From the NCBI GenBank assembly GCA_029259055.1, contig JAPDJP010000014.1, positions 5,935-69,934 on the forward strand: a stretch of DNA of 64,000 nt, written 5' to 3'. The notes beneath the pieces are model-generated. The model ran no database searches. It saw only the letters and a list, made by a program, of their open reading frames with translations, and was not told where the DNA came from. Source of the DNA: Thermoplasmatota archaeon (GTDB lineage Archaea; Thermoplasmatota; E2; UBA202; JdFR-43). Of this stretch, positions 20,329 through 29,106 are shown piece by piece; within the stretch, counting starts at the first letter, position 1, and each line of letters starts with the position of its first letter. The position numbers were made by a program, and so were the translations under genes.

Positions 20329-21096
20329 ATGGAAAAGTTTAGAATTAGAGAAGCAACAGTAGTATATTTAGAAAAACCAGATTTGAAGGAACCAATCCTT
20401 ATAGAGGGATTGCCAGGTGTTGGTAATGTTGGAAAACTGGCTGCAGAACATCTTATTGATGAGATAAAAGCAAAAAAATTTGCCGAAATTTATTCAACAG
20501 ATTTTCCCCCACAGGTATTTGTTAATGCAGATGGCACAATAAAACTTGTAAAAAATGAGTTATATTATTGGAAAGGGGAAAAAGATTTAATAATATTAAC
20601 TGGAGATTATCAGGGAATGTCCTCTAAAGGTCAATATATGCTGGCAGAGGCTGTCTTGGATATAGCGGAAGAGTTCGGGACAAAAATGATTTATACTTTA
20701 GGAGGCTATGGAACTGGATTAGAAATTGAAAAACCTAGGGTAATAGGAGCTGCGACAGATAAAGAGCTAGTAGAAGAACTGAAGAAATATGGTGTTGTTT
20801 TTAAAGGAGAAGAAGGTGGGGGAATAATTGGCGCCTCCGGCTTATTGTTGGGATTGGGGAAATTGAGGAATATGAGAGGAGCCTGTCTCATGGGAGAGAC
20901 CTCAGGATATATTGTTGACCCGAATTCTGCAAGGGAAGTGATAAAAGTTTTAACGGAGATGTTAGGAATAAAAATTAGTTTTGCAAGATTGGATGAAAAG
21001 GCGGAGGAAGTAAAGAGAATAACAAGTAGAATAAGAAGCCTAGAAAAAGCTTTAATGGAAAAGGAAAGTAAGGAAGATTTAAGATACATTGGCTAA
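20329..21096 (+). CDS. PAC2-family proteasome-assembly-chaperone-like protein
   Basis: ILIEGLPGVGNVGKLAAEHLI motif typical of archaeal PAC2 (COG1938). Conserved position after nop10. Confidence 0.6.
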   Translation: MEKFRIREATVVYLEKPDLKEPILIEGLPGVGNVGKLAAEHLIDEIKAKKFAEIYSTDFPPQVFVNADGTIKLVKNELYYWKGEKDLIILTGDYQGMSSKGQYMLAEAVLDIAEEFGTKMIYTLGGYGTGLEIEKPRVIGAATDKELVEELKKYGVVFKGEEGGGIIGASGLLLGLGKLRNMRGACLMGETSGYIVDPNSAREVIKVLTEMLGIKISFARLDEKAEEVKRITSRIRSLEKALMEKESKEDLRYIG

Positions 21097-22448
21097 TGAT
21101 GGAAGAAATCGGAGAAATAAAGGAAAGTGCAACAGCAACATTCACTTTTAAAGCTTTTAAGGATATAAGAAAACTTGATTATGTATTTGTCGAAAATGTT
21201 TTGGCTCAGGTATGGGAAGTGAAACAAACGGTAAATGGCATTTTTGCTTATGCAACAATAATTGGCTCGATAAATGATAAATTTATGCCAAGAACTCCTT
21301 TTAAAATAGGAAGTAAAGTATATAGAGCTAATGAGAAAATTATTAAAAAAATTATTGGAATTGAAAATGAAGGAATATATATAGGACTCCTCAAAGATAC
21401 AAACATTAAGGTTCATCTTTCCCCAAAAGTTTTGATTCAAAAGCATTTATGTATATTAGCAAAAAGCGGAAGCGGGAAAAGTTATGCAATGGGTGTAATC
21501 ATTGAAGAATTTATTAAAAAGAATATACCAATTGTAATAATTGACCCACATGGAGAGTATACATCTTTAAGGAGACCAAACTTGGATAAACAAGACGTCT
21601 CAATAATGAAAAAATTTGGGATAAAACCAAGGTCTTATTTAAAAAATGTGTATGAATTTTCTCCAGTTTGTAGTAGAAACAAAGAAGCTATACCATTATA
21701 TATTGATGAAACGAATTTATCATTTCAAGATTTACTCAATTTATTACCAAATGCAACACCCTTACAAAAAGGAATATTATATGAAGCGCACAAAAAGGCG
21801 CAGGAAAAGAAAATATATTTATTAAAGGATATACTGGAATATATAAAAGAATCGAAGAGCAATGCAAAATGGAACCTTATTCCACAGATAGAACAAATTA
21901 TTTCAATGAAATTATTCTCAGTAAATTATACTCCAATAAATGAAATAGTCAAAAAAGGAAGATGTTCGATAATAAATTTGAAAGGAACGCCCCCATATAT
22001 TCAGGAAATATTGGTTGGTTTACTATTAAATAAAATATTTGAGCATAGAAAAAATGAAAAGATTCTTCCTGTGATGATAGTGATTGAAGAAGCTCATAGA
22101 TATTGCCCTGAAAAAGGACAGGGAAAAAGCTTTTCTAGTAGTATAATAAGGACAATTGCATCAGAAGGAAGGAAATTTGGAGTGGGTTTAGCTATTGTAA
22201 GCCAAAGACCAGCCAGAGTCGATAAAAATGTAATTTCCCAGTGTAATACCCATATAATACTTAAAACAACAAATCCAAATGACTTAAAAACCATTGTTGC
22301 AAGTGTTGAAGGCCTAAATTCAAAGGCATCAGACGAAATCCAAATGCTTCCAATAGGTACAGCAATAATTGCGGGTTTGCCTTTGGCAACCCCAATTTTT
22401 GTTGAGATAAGACCAAGAGAGACATTACATGGGGGAAAACTGGATTGA
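21096..22448 (+). CDS. HerA/FtsK-like P-loop ATPase (DUF87)
   Basis: Walker A CILAKSGSGKS. Walker B hydrophobic run plus EEAHRY. Arginine-rich C-terminal region. 450 aa. No NurA partner seen. Confidence 0.55.
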   Translation: MMEEIGEIKESATATFTFKAFKDIRKLDYVFVENVLAQVWEVKQTVNGIFAYATIIGSINDKFMPRTPFKIGSKVYRANEKIIKKIIGIENEGIYIGLLKDTNIKVHLSPKVLIQKHLCILAKSGSGKSYAMGVIIEEFIKKNIPIVIIDPHGEYTSLRRPNLDKQDVSIMKKFGIKPRSYLKNVYEFSPVCSRNKEAIPLYIDETNLSFQDLLNLLPNATPLQKGILYEAHKKAQEKKIYLLKDILEYIKESKSNAKWNLIPQIEQIISMKLFSVNYTPINEIVKKGRCSIINLKGTPPYIQEILVGLLLNKIFEHRKNEKILPVMIVIEEAHRYCPEKGQGKSFSSSIIRTIASEGRKFGVGLAIVSQRPARVDKNVISQCNTHIILKTTNPNDLKTIVASVEGLNSKASDEIQMLPIGTAIIAGLPLATPIFVEIRPRETLHGGKLD

Positions 22449-22450
22449 AT

Positions 22451-22897
22451 TTAAACTTTTCCTATATCTTTTTTTATTTCATCAAATAGCTCATCAACGT
22501 TATTGAAATTTTTTATGCCGACATCCCAGCTCATTAATCCATATACTGGCTTACCATGTTCTAAAGCTAGAGCAATTTCTGATAATGTTCCATAATGGCC
22601 ATCTATGGCGATAACAATATCCCCATTCAATATGACTAAAACATTTCTTGCATATCCAATGCCAGTTACAATTGAATAATCTAGGTATTTATTTCCTTCT
22701 TTCCTGTCATCACTTGGTAAAATTCCAATTGTTGTTCCTCCCGCTTCCTTTGCTCCCTGGCTTGCTGCTTCCATTACTCCTCCTCTTCCTCCAGTTATTA
22801 ACACTGCTCCCATTTCTGCTACTCTTTTTCCTACTTCTTTTGCAAGTTCATAAATTTCTTTACTGCAATGTTCTCCTCCTATCACACTTATATACAT
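22451..22897 (-). CDS. LOG/TIGR00725-family Rossmann-fold protein
   Basis: ISVIGGEHCS...ITGGRGGVMEAASQGA...GILP... pattern of TIGR00725/LOG family. Confidence 0.65.
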   Translation of the reverse strand: MYISVIGGEHCSKEIYELAKEVGKRVAEMGAVLITGGRGGVMEAASQGAKEAGGTTIGILPSDDRKEGNKYLDYSIVTGIGYARNVLVILNGDIVIAIDGHYGTLSEIALALEHGKPVYGLMSWDVGIKNFNNVDELFDEIKKDIGKV

Positions 22898-22967
22898 AGT
22901 TCCTTATAGATATTGGGTTAAAAAAGTTAGTGAGAGAATATTTTTATATTAATACATCTATAGAATT

Positions 22968-24005
22968 GTGCAGAAAGTAGGAGTAGCAAATTTACCTCTT
23001 CATTATGGGAAAGCCCCAAAATGGCTTTATGAAAGAATGGTTAGATTAGCTTCTGCTATTTCTGGCATAATAATTTACGAATATGGGGAAGAAAAATTTT
23101 TAGAGCTATTATCCAATCCTTTCTGGTTTCAGTGCTTTTCATGTGTATTAGGCTACGATTGGCATTCCTCAGGCACAACAACAGTTACAACAGCCGCCTT
23201 AAAAGAAGCTTTAACAAAATATGATATTGCTGTGGCTGGCGGAAAAGGAATGGCTAAAAAAACTTTGGAAGAAATAGAAAAGAAAGCTAACAAATTTGAT
23301 ATAGATGCGGAAAAAATAAAATATGCGAGCAGGATGACAGCAAAAGTAGATAGCTCGGCGTTACAAGATGGTTATGGTTTGTATCATCATACGATTTTTT
23401 TCACAAGAAAAGGAAAATGGATTGTTATTCAACAAGGAATGAATATAAAAACAAGATATGCCCGCCGTTATCACTGGATATGGAAAATAAAGAATTTTAT
23501 TGAGGAACCTCATTCTGGAATAGCAGGCATAAAAGGCATTGCTCTAAATATGACTGCAAAAGAAAGTGAAGAAGCAAGAAAAATTAGTTTAGATATTGCA
23601 AAAGAAAGACCAAGCATACTGATGAGGCAATTTAAAGCAATAAAATCTTATAAGGCAGAAAAATTGGATATGCCCCGCCACATTAATTGGAATGCATTAA
23701 AAGAAGTATATGAAATTCAACCTAAAAATTATGAAGAATTTCTATCAATAAAAGGAATTGGAGCATCAACGGTTAGAGCTTTAGCATATATATCAGAATT
23801 AATATATGGAAAAGCACCTTCTTGGAAAGACCCCGTTAAATTTTCTTTTGCAGTTGGAGGAAAGGATGGCGTGCCATATCCAGTAGATAGAAAGGCAATG
23901 GATGAAGCAACTAAAATTTTGCAATTAAGCTTGGAAGAAGCGACTTTAGGGAAAAAAGAAAAAATAGAAGCTATAAAAAGATTAAAAGCTTTAATTGGGC
24001 GTTAA
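22968..24005 (+). CDS. conserved archaeal protein (DUF763-like, tentative)
   Basis: LPLHYGKAPKWL and WHSSGTTTV blocks recalled from COG1415/DUF763. Weak. Confidence 0.35.
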   Translation: MQKVGVANLPLHYGKAPKWLYERMVRLASAISGIIIYEYGEEKFLELLSNPFWFQCFSCVLGYDWHSSGTTTVTTAALKEALTKYDIAVAGGKGMAKKTLEEIEKKANKFDIDAEKIKYASRMTAKVDSSALQDGYGLYHHTIFFTRKGKWIVIQQGMNIKTRYARRYHWIWKIKNFIEEPHSGIAGIKGIALNMTAKESEEARKISLDIAKERPSILMRQFKAIKSYKAEKLDMPRHINWNALKEVYEIQPKNYEEFLSIKGIGASTVRALAYISELIYGKAPSWKDPVKFSFAVGGKDGVPYPVDRKAMDEATKILQLSLEEATLGKKEKIEAIKRLKALIGR

Positions 24006-24518
24006 TTTAACGGAATAGCTTGCTATTGCATACCCTTCCTGTATTACATGCCCACTTATTGCTTCGTCAAATCTTTTCCAGTCTGCACCAGCTGGCAAAT
24101 CAAGAGATGTATCAAGAATATATACTCTAAAATAATACCTGTGCGATTTGTCTGGAGGAGGACACGGCCCACTATATCCTATTTTACCAAAATCATTTCT
24201 TCCCTGAATTGCTTCTATGGGCTTTTCCACAATTTCCTCCTTTGGTATATTTTCTGGAATCACAACCTCTTCCTTAGCTTCTATATTCCATATAAGCCAA
24301 TGCACAAAATCATGTGCATCAACATCATAAACTTTTATTGCAATTGTTTTTGCTTTACTACTTATTCCGGTTATTTTTATTTGTGGGGAAATATCTTCTC
24401 CTTTGCAAGTATATTTATCTGGAAACTCGCTAAATGGAAGCTCCACTTTTAATTCTTCTTTTTTAATGCAACCAGGAAATAGTAATAAAATAATCGTTAT
24501 AATAACCAATTTTTTCAT
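23991..24518 (-). CDS. PEBP/YbhB-YbcL family protein, lipoprotein-like signal
   Basis: N-terminal signal with PGC lipobox-like. DVDAHDFVHW and GYSGPCPPPDKSHRYYF PEBP motifs. Confidence 0.7.
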   Translation of the reverse strand: MKKLVIITIILLLFPGCIKKEELKVELPFSEFPDKYTCKGEDISPQIKITGISSKAKTIAIKVYDVDAHDFVHWLIWNIEAKEEVVIPENIPKEEIVEKPIEAIQGRNDFGKIGYSGPCPPPDKSHRYYFRVYILDTSLDLPAGADWKRFDEAISGHVIQEGYAIASYSVKLTPN

Positions 24519-24539
24519 AATTTTAAATAAAAATTTGGC

Positions 24540-25052
24540 TTAAATTGATTTTGCTGTATTTAGCAATTCTATTAGTATTTTTTCTTTGATTTTATTTTTT
24601 TCATTAAAGAATTCTTCCAGCAATTTTTTATCGTATTTTTTGCTATATTCATATGCCTGTAAAATCATTTCAAATTTATCTATTTGATGAAGTAATTCTG
24701 CTTCTCTACTTTTGCCTTCCATAAACTCTTTCCATAGATTATAATATTCTCTGTTTTTTAATTCATCCAATAACAATTTTTTCATAGCCATTTCTTCCAT
24801 TTTCATTTTATCCCTTTTCTCCATATCATGAGGTGTAATATCTCCTGTAATTACTTCCGCCAAATCATGCAGTAAAGCCATTTTCATTAATTTCTCCGTA
24901 TTCAGGTTCATATAATCCCCCAAAAGCATAGCAATTAAAGCAACTCTAAATGTATGGCAAGCAACACTTTCTGCATCTTCTATCCCAATCCTAATCCATC
25001 CCGCTCTTTTTATTTCTTTTAGTTTCCCAGCTTTCATAATAAATGACAACAT
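24540..25052 (-). CDS. HD-domain phosphohydrolase (YfbR-like 5'-nucleotidase family)
   Basis: CHTFRVA...LLHDLAEVITGDITP HD motif. Start trimmed to MLSF at 25052 because the first 31 codons of the track ORF are the tRNA below. Confidence 0.65.
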   Translation of the reverse strand: MLSFIMKAGKLKEIKRAGWIRIGIEDAESVACHTFRVALIAMLLGDYMNLNTEKLMKMALLHDLAEVITGDITPHDMEKRDKMKMEEMAMKKLLLDELKNREYYNLWKEFMEGKSREAELLHQIDKFEMILQAYEYSKKYDKKLLEEFFNEKNKIKEKILIELLNTAKSI

Positions 25053-25053
25053 A

Positions 25054-25135
25054 TGCGGGGGGTGGGATTCGAACCCACGAAGGCCTTCGCCACAGGGTCC
25101 TAAGCCCTGCGCCGTTACCGCTTGGCTACCCCCGC
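25054..25135 (-). tRNA. tRNA-Leu (anticodon TAG), long variable arm
   Basis: Minus-strand read GCGGGGGTAGCCAAGCGGTAACGGCGCAGGGCTTAGGACCCTGTGGCGAAGGCCTTCGTGGGTTCGAATCCCACCCCCCGCA. 7-bp acceptor stem, GTTCGAATC T-loop, anticodon loop CTTAGGA, long extra arm. CCA not encoded. Confidence 0.8.
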
Positions 25136-26172
25136 TAACATGCAAGCAATTTTTTTGTTATTGGTAAAAAGTTAAAGTCCTTTATAATTTTAGCCTTATT
25201 TAAACTATATGTCCTTATGAGAGGATTTAACAAAATCCAATCATTTTCCTTTAATTTTTGCATTATGTTTGTTTTGCAGAGCTTATAGCTTTCAAAACTG
25301 TCATGCATTGATATCGCAACAAATTCGAATCTTCTCGCCGCCAAAAAAACAATTTCATTACACAATAATTGCTTAAGCTCGTCTTTTTCAAAATTTGGAG
25401 GATTGTGAGGATTTAAGGGCACATGATAAAATGCCAAAATTTTCAAACCTATTTTACTGAAATCTGGTATTACTATTGTTTTCATATAACCATTCATGAA
25501 TTTTTTCTTCAACCTTCCAACTGTATGCCTTGTTACTCCTATCATTTCAGCAACTTCTTTTGAAGATTTTTCGGGGTGTTCAATTATTTTACAAAATATT
25601 TTCTTTTCTCTTTTCGAAAAACTTACTTTTTTAATTTCAAAAAAATTCCCATTTTCTTTTACTTCGTCATTTATTTCAAATAAAGTGGATAGCAAGGGAG
25701 AAAAATCAAAAAATCTATATATTTTACTTAATTCAAAAGGAAAAATCACCTCCCTCGGATACTGTCTATCTAATAAGCCTAAAGAACCAAATGTATAAGT
25801 TCTCACATCATTTATTTTTCCAATACTTGTATAATTTTTTGCAAAACTTATTGAAAATCCCTTATCCTCTTCCCCCATAGAAAAGAAAATTTCCTCTGAG
25901 GCTTCTATTTTTTCTTCTGTTACCTCCACTCTTCTTTCTAAAGGAATGACTGGGTTAAAATTTGTATATATTATTGCCATTATTTCTGCTCCAAAATTTT
26001 GGAGCATTGGAACAAGATAAACCTTGTAATAATTTTCTTCCCTTAATCTTTTTCTAATAGCGGAAACTGTTGATTGCTTTATCCCAAATTTTTCCGCTAT
26101 TTGCCGATCACTTGCATTTGGGAATTTTGTTATACCATACAATACTTTTTTTTCATAATTTGTTAAATTCAC
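25135..26172 (-). CDS. transcriptional regulator with two tandem wHTH-plus-effector modules
   Basis: Module 1 has DRQIAEKFGIKQSTVSAIRKRLREE and module 2 has SKEVAEMIGVTRHTVGRLKKKF, each followed by about 100 aa. Internal duplication visible by eye. Confidence 0.45.
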   Translation of the reverse strand: MNLTNYEKKVLYGITKFPNASDRQIAEKFGIKQSTVSAIRKRLREENYYKVYLVPMLQNFGAEIMAIIYTNFNPVIPLERRVEVTEEKIEASEEIFFSMGEEDKGFSISFAKNYTSIGKINDVRTYTFGSLGLLDRQYPREVIFPFELSKIYRFFDFSPLLSTLFEINDEVKENGNFFEIKKVSFSKREKKIFCKIIEHPEKSSKEVAEMIGVTRHTVGRLKKKFMNGYMKTIVIPDFSKIGLKILAFYHVPLNPHNPPNFEKDELKQLLCNEIVFLAARRFEFVAISMHDSFESYKLCKTNIMQKLKENDWILLNPLIRTYSLNKAKIIKDFNFLPITKKLLAC

Positions 26173-26367
26173 ATAAATAAATGTAATTTGGAATAAATTT
26201 TTTGTGTATTTTATAAATTTAGATTTGTTATAAGAAGCTGAGAATTAAAATTATAAAAATGGAAAAAATTTTGATATAAATTATCCAAATTTATAAATTT
26301 TATATTTTTATTTTCAATTTTGGAAAAAATTTATATAGCAAAAAGAAATAATTTTTATGGCGATTAA

Positions 26368-26619
26368 ATGAAATATTGGGTAAAAGAAGAATTAAAGCCC
26401 CCTCATGGCAAAGTGTATATAATAAAGGATAGATGTAAGGGTTGCGGTTTTTGCATAGAGTTTTGCCCACAAGGCGTTTTACAGGAATCGGAAGAATTTA
26501 ATGCCAAGGGATATCACCCACCAAAACTTGTTGAAAACGAAAAAAAATGCATAGGATGCGGTTTCTGTTCCTTGGTTTGTCCTGAATTTGCAATTTATAT
26601 TGAAAAGGAGGGGGAATAA
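26368..26619 (+). CDS. 2-oxoacid:ferredoxin oxidoreductase delta subunit (2x[4Fe-4S])
   Basis: CKGCGFCIEFCP and CIGCGFCSLVCP cluster motifs. 83 aa. Confidence 0.75.
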   Translation: MKYWVKEELKPPHGKVYIIKDRCKGCGFCIEFCPQGVLQESEEFNAKGYHPPKLVENEKKCIGCGFCSLVCPEFAIYIEKEGE

Positions 26620-26621
26620 AT

Positions 26622-27752
26622 ATGCAAGTAAAATTTTATAGTGGAAATATTGCATGTGCTGAAGGCGCAATAGCTGCTGGTTGCAGATTTTTTGCTGGTT
26701 ATCCTATAACACCTTCATCAGAGATTGCAGAACATATGGCTTTAAGATTGCCGCAAGTAGGAGGGATATTTATTCAAATGGAAGATGAACTTGCTTCGAT
26801 GGCTGCTATACTTGGTGCATCTTGGGGAGGTGCTAAAGCAATGACAGCTACATCTGGCCCGGGTTTTTCGTTAATGCAAGAAAATATTGGATTGGGAGCG
26901 ATGACGGAAACACCTTGTGTTGTTGTAAATGTTCAGAGAGCGGGCCCCTCTACCGGAATGCCCACTTTAGTTGGACAAGCGGATGTTATGCAAGCAAGAT
27001 GGGGTAGTCATGGTGATTATGAAATCATTGCCTTGAGCCCTTCTTCACCGCAAGAATGTTTTGATTTAACAATAAGAGCGTTTAATTTGGCGGAAGAATA
27101 TAGAGTTCCAGTTATTGTTTTAATGGATGAAAGTGTAAGCCATATGTTTGAAAAAGTAATTATCCCTCCTAAAGAAAAAATAAGAATTGTTAATAGAAAA
27201 AAACCAAGAGTTCCCCCTGATGAATTTCTGCCATATAAGGCAGATGATTTTATTCCTCCTATGGCTTGTGCTGGAGAAGGTTATTCGGTACATGTAACTG
27301 GTTTAACCCACGATGAAAAAGGTTATCCTCAAGCTACCTCACCAGAAGTTCAAGAAAGACTTGTGAGGAGATTATGTGATAAAATTAGGAAAAACGAAAG
27401 GAAAATGAGAGATATTGAAGAATATGAGATGGAAGATGCTGAAATTGCAATAGTTTCTTTTGGAACAACCGCAAGAAGCGCAAAAGCAGCGGTAAAGTTT
27501 GCTAGAAAAAAAGGATATAAGGTTGGATTGATAAGACTTAAAACAATATGGCCATTTCCTGATGAATATTTTGAAAGCTTGGATGGCATTAAAAAATTTC
27601 TGGTTGTAGAAGTAAATTATGGACAAATTAAATTGGAAGTGGAAAGAAATGTTGGCAAAAATAGAGTTGAATTATTACCAAAAATGGGAGGGGAAATTCA
27701 TACGCCTGAAGAAATATACAAAAAAATTAGGGAGGTGTTGCAATGGAAATAG
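26622..27752 (+). CDS. 2-oxoacid:ferredoxin oxidoreductase alpha subunit
   Basis: Typical OFOR alpha N-terminus (GNIACAEGAIAAGCRFFAGYPITPSSEI). Confidence 0.8.
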   Translation: MQVKFYSGNIACAEGAIAAGCRFFAGYPITPSSEIAEHMALRLPQVGGIFIQMEDELASMAAILGASWGGAKAMTATSGPGFSLMQENIGLGAMTETPCVVVNVQRAGPSTGMPTLVGQADVMQARWGSHGDYEIIALSPSSPQECFDLTIRAFNLAEEYRVPVIVLMDESVSHMFEKVIIPPKEKIRIVNRKKPRVPPDEFLPYKADDFIPPMACAGEGYSVHVTGLTHDEKGYPQATSPEVQERLVRRLCDKIRKNERKMRDIEEYEMEDAEIAIVSFGTTARSAKAAVKFARKKGYKVGLIRLKTIWPFPDEYFESLDGIKKFLVVEVNYGQIKLEVERNVGKNRVELLPKMGGEIHTPEEIYKKIREVLQWK

Positions 27753-28573
27753 TTGCAAAAAATCATCCTTTAGATAAATATCTCCGTACGGATCGTATCC
27801 CCCACATATGGTGCCCTGGTTGTGGTCTTGGAACTGTATTAAATTGTTTTTTGCATGCCTTAGAAGAAACAGATATTGATTTGAAAAATTTAGCCATTGT
27901 TTCTGGAATAGGATGCACTGGAAGAGTTGCTGGTTATATAAATGTTGATTCCTATCATACCACTCATGGAAGGGCGATACCATTTGCTACTGGATTAAAA
28001 CTTGCAAATCCAAAATTGAAAGTAGTTGTATTTAGTGGAGATGGAGATTTATTTGCTATAGGGGGAAATCATTTTATACATGCTGCCAGGCGAAATATAG
28101 ATATGACGGTAATATGCGTAAATAATTATAACTATGGAATGACAGGCGGACAGTTAGGACCAACTACACCTTTGGATGCAAGAACAACAACAAGTCCATA
28201 TGGAAATATTGAGCATCCTTTCAATTTATGCCATGTTGCTGCTGCATCAGGTGCTGTTTATGTTGCGAGATGGACAGCACTCCATGTTCGCCGCCTAAAA
28301 GAATCGATGAAGGAAGCATTAAACAAAAAAGGTTTTTCTTTCATAGAAGTAATCGCTTCCTGTCCTACTACTTATGGGCGCCGTAACAAAATGCCGACTG
28401 GATTAGAAACAATGAAATATTATAAAGAGCATTCCGTAATTAAGCATGGTATCGACCCATCAAAAGCAGATATTGAAATTGGTAAAGATATCGTAGTGGG
28501 AAAATTTGTTGACATTGAAAAACCTACATTTGATGAAGCTGTTCATGAATTGATAAAAAAGGCGAGAAAATGA
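27743..28573 (+). CDS. 2-oxoacid:ferredoxin oxidoreductase beta subunit (TPP-binding)
   Basis: WCPGCG..., GIGC and GDGD TPP/Mg motifs. Confidence 0.8.
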   Translation: MEIVAKNHPLDKYLRTDRIPHIWCPGCGLGTVLNCFLHALEETDIDLKNLAIVSGIGCTGRVAGYINVDSYHTTHGRAIPFATGLKLANPKLKVVVFSGDGDLFAIGGNHFIHAARRNIDMTVICVNNYNYGMTGGQLGPTTPLDARTTTSPYGNIEHPFNLCHVAAASGAVYVARWTALHVRRLKESMKEALNKKGFSFIEVIASCPTTYGRRNKMPTGLETMKYYKEHSVIKHGIDPSKADIEIGKDIVVGKFVDIEKPTFDEAVHELIKKARK

Positions 28574-29106
28574 GAATCGAAATAAAATTTGGGGGATTTG
28601 GAGGGCAAGGAATAATCACTATGGGACATATAGCGGGCAAGGCTTGTATCTATGATGAAAGGAATGTTGTCTTTACACCTTCTTATGGGCCTGAAGCAAG
28701 AGGAGGAGCGGCAAGTTCAAATATTGTTATAAGCGATGAAGAAATAGATTATCCATATGTTACATACCCAGATATTCTTGTCGTAATGAGTCAAGAAGCA
28801 TATGAAAAATATGCCCCTTTGCTTAAGGAGGAGGGTTTACTCATTATTGATGAAGATTTAGTCAGACTTAAGAATGGAGAAGGAAGAGTAGCAAAAATAC
28901 CGGCAACAAGAATTGCAGAAAATCTAGGAAAAAGAATAGTTACAAATATAGTGATGCTTGGATTTTTTACTGGAGTAACAAAATTGATTTCTTATGATGC
29001 AATAAAAAAAGCTGTATTGGAAACGGTCCCAGCAAAATTTAAAGAGCTAAATGAAAAAGCATTAGATGAAGGTTATAAGAGAGGGATAGAATGGCAAGAA
29101 GAATAG
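28570..29106 (+). CDS. 2-oxoacid:ferredoxin oxidoreductase gamma subunit
   Basis: GFGGQGI...PSYGPEARGG motif of OFOR gamma. Confidence 0.75.
   Translation: MRIEIKFGGFGGQGIITMGHIAGKACIYDERNVVFTPSYGPEARGGAASSNIVISDEEIDYPYVTYPDILVVMSQEAYEKYAPLLKEEGLLIIDEDLVRLKNGEGRVAKIPATRIAENLGKRIVTNIVMLGFFTGVTKLISYDAIKKAVLETVPAKFKELNEKALDEGYKRGIEWQEE

Noticed and set aside
22648-22899. Leu-rich 83-aa plus-strand ORF
   Set aside because: Antisense to the LOG/TIGR00725 gene. Poly-Leu is an artefact of GAG/AAG-rich antisense.
25053-25145. N-terminal 31 codons of track ORF 24540..25145 (MHVSGGSQAVTAQGLGPCGEGLRGFESHPPH)
   Set aside because: This stretch is the tRNA-Leu gene read as protein. It is unusually Gly/Pro rich for this genome.
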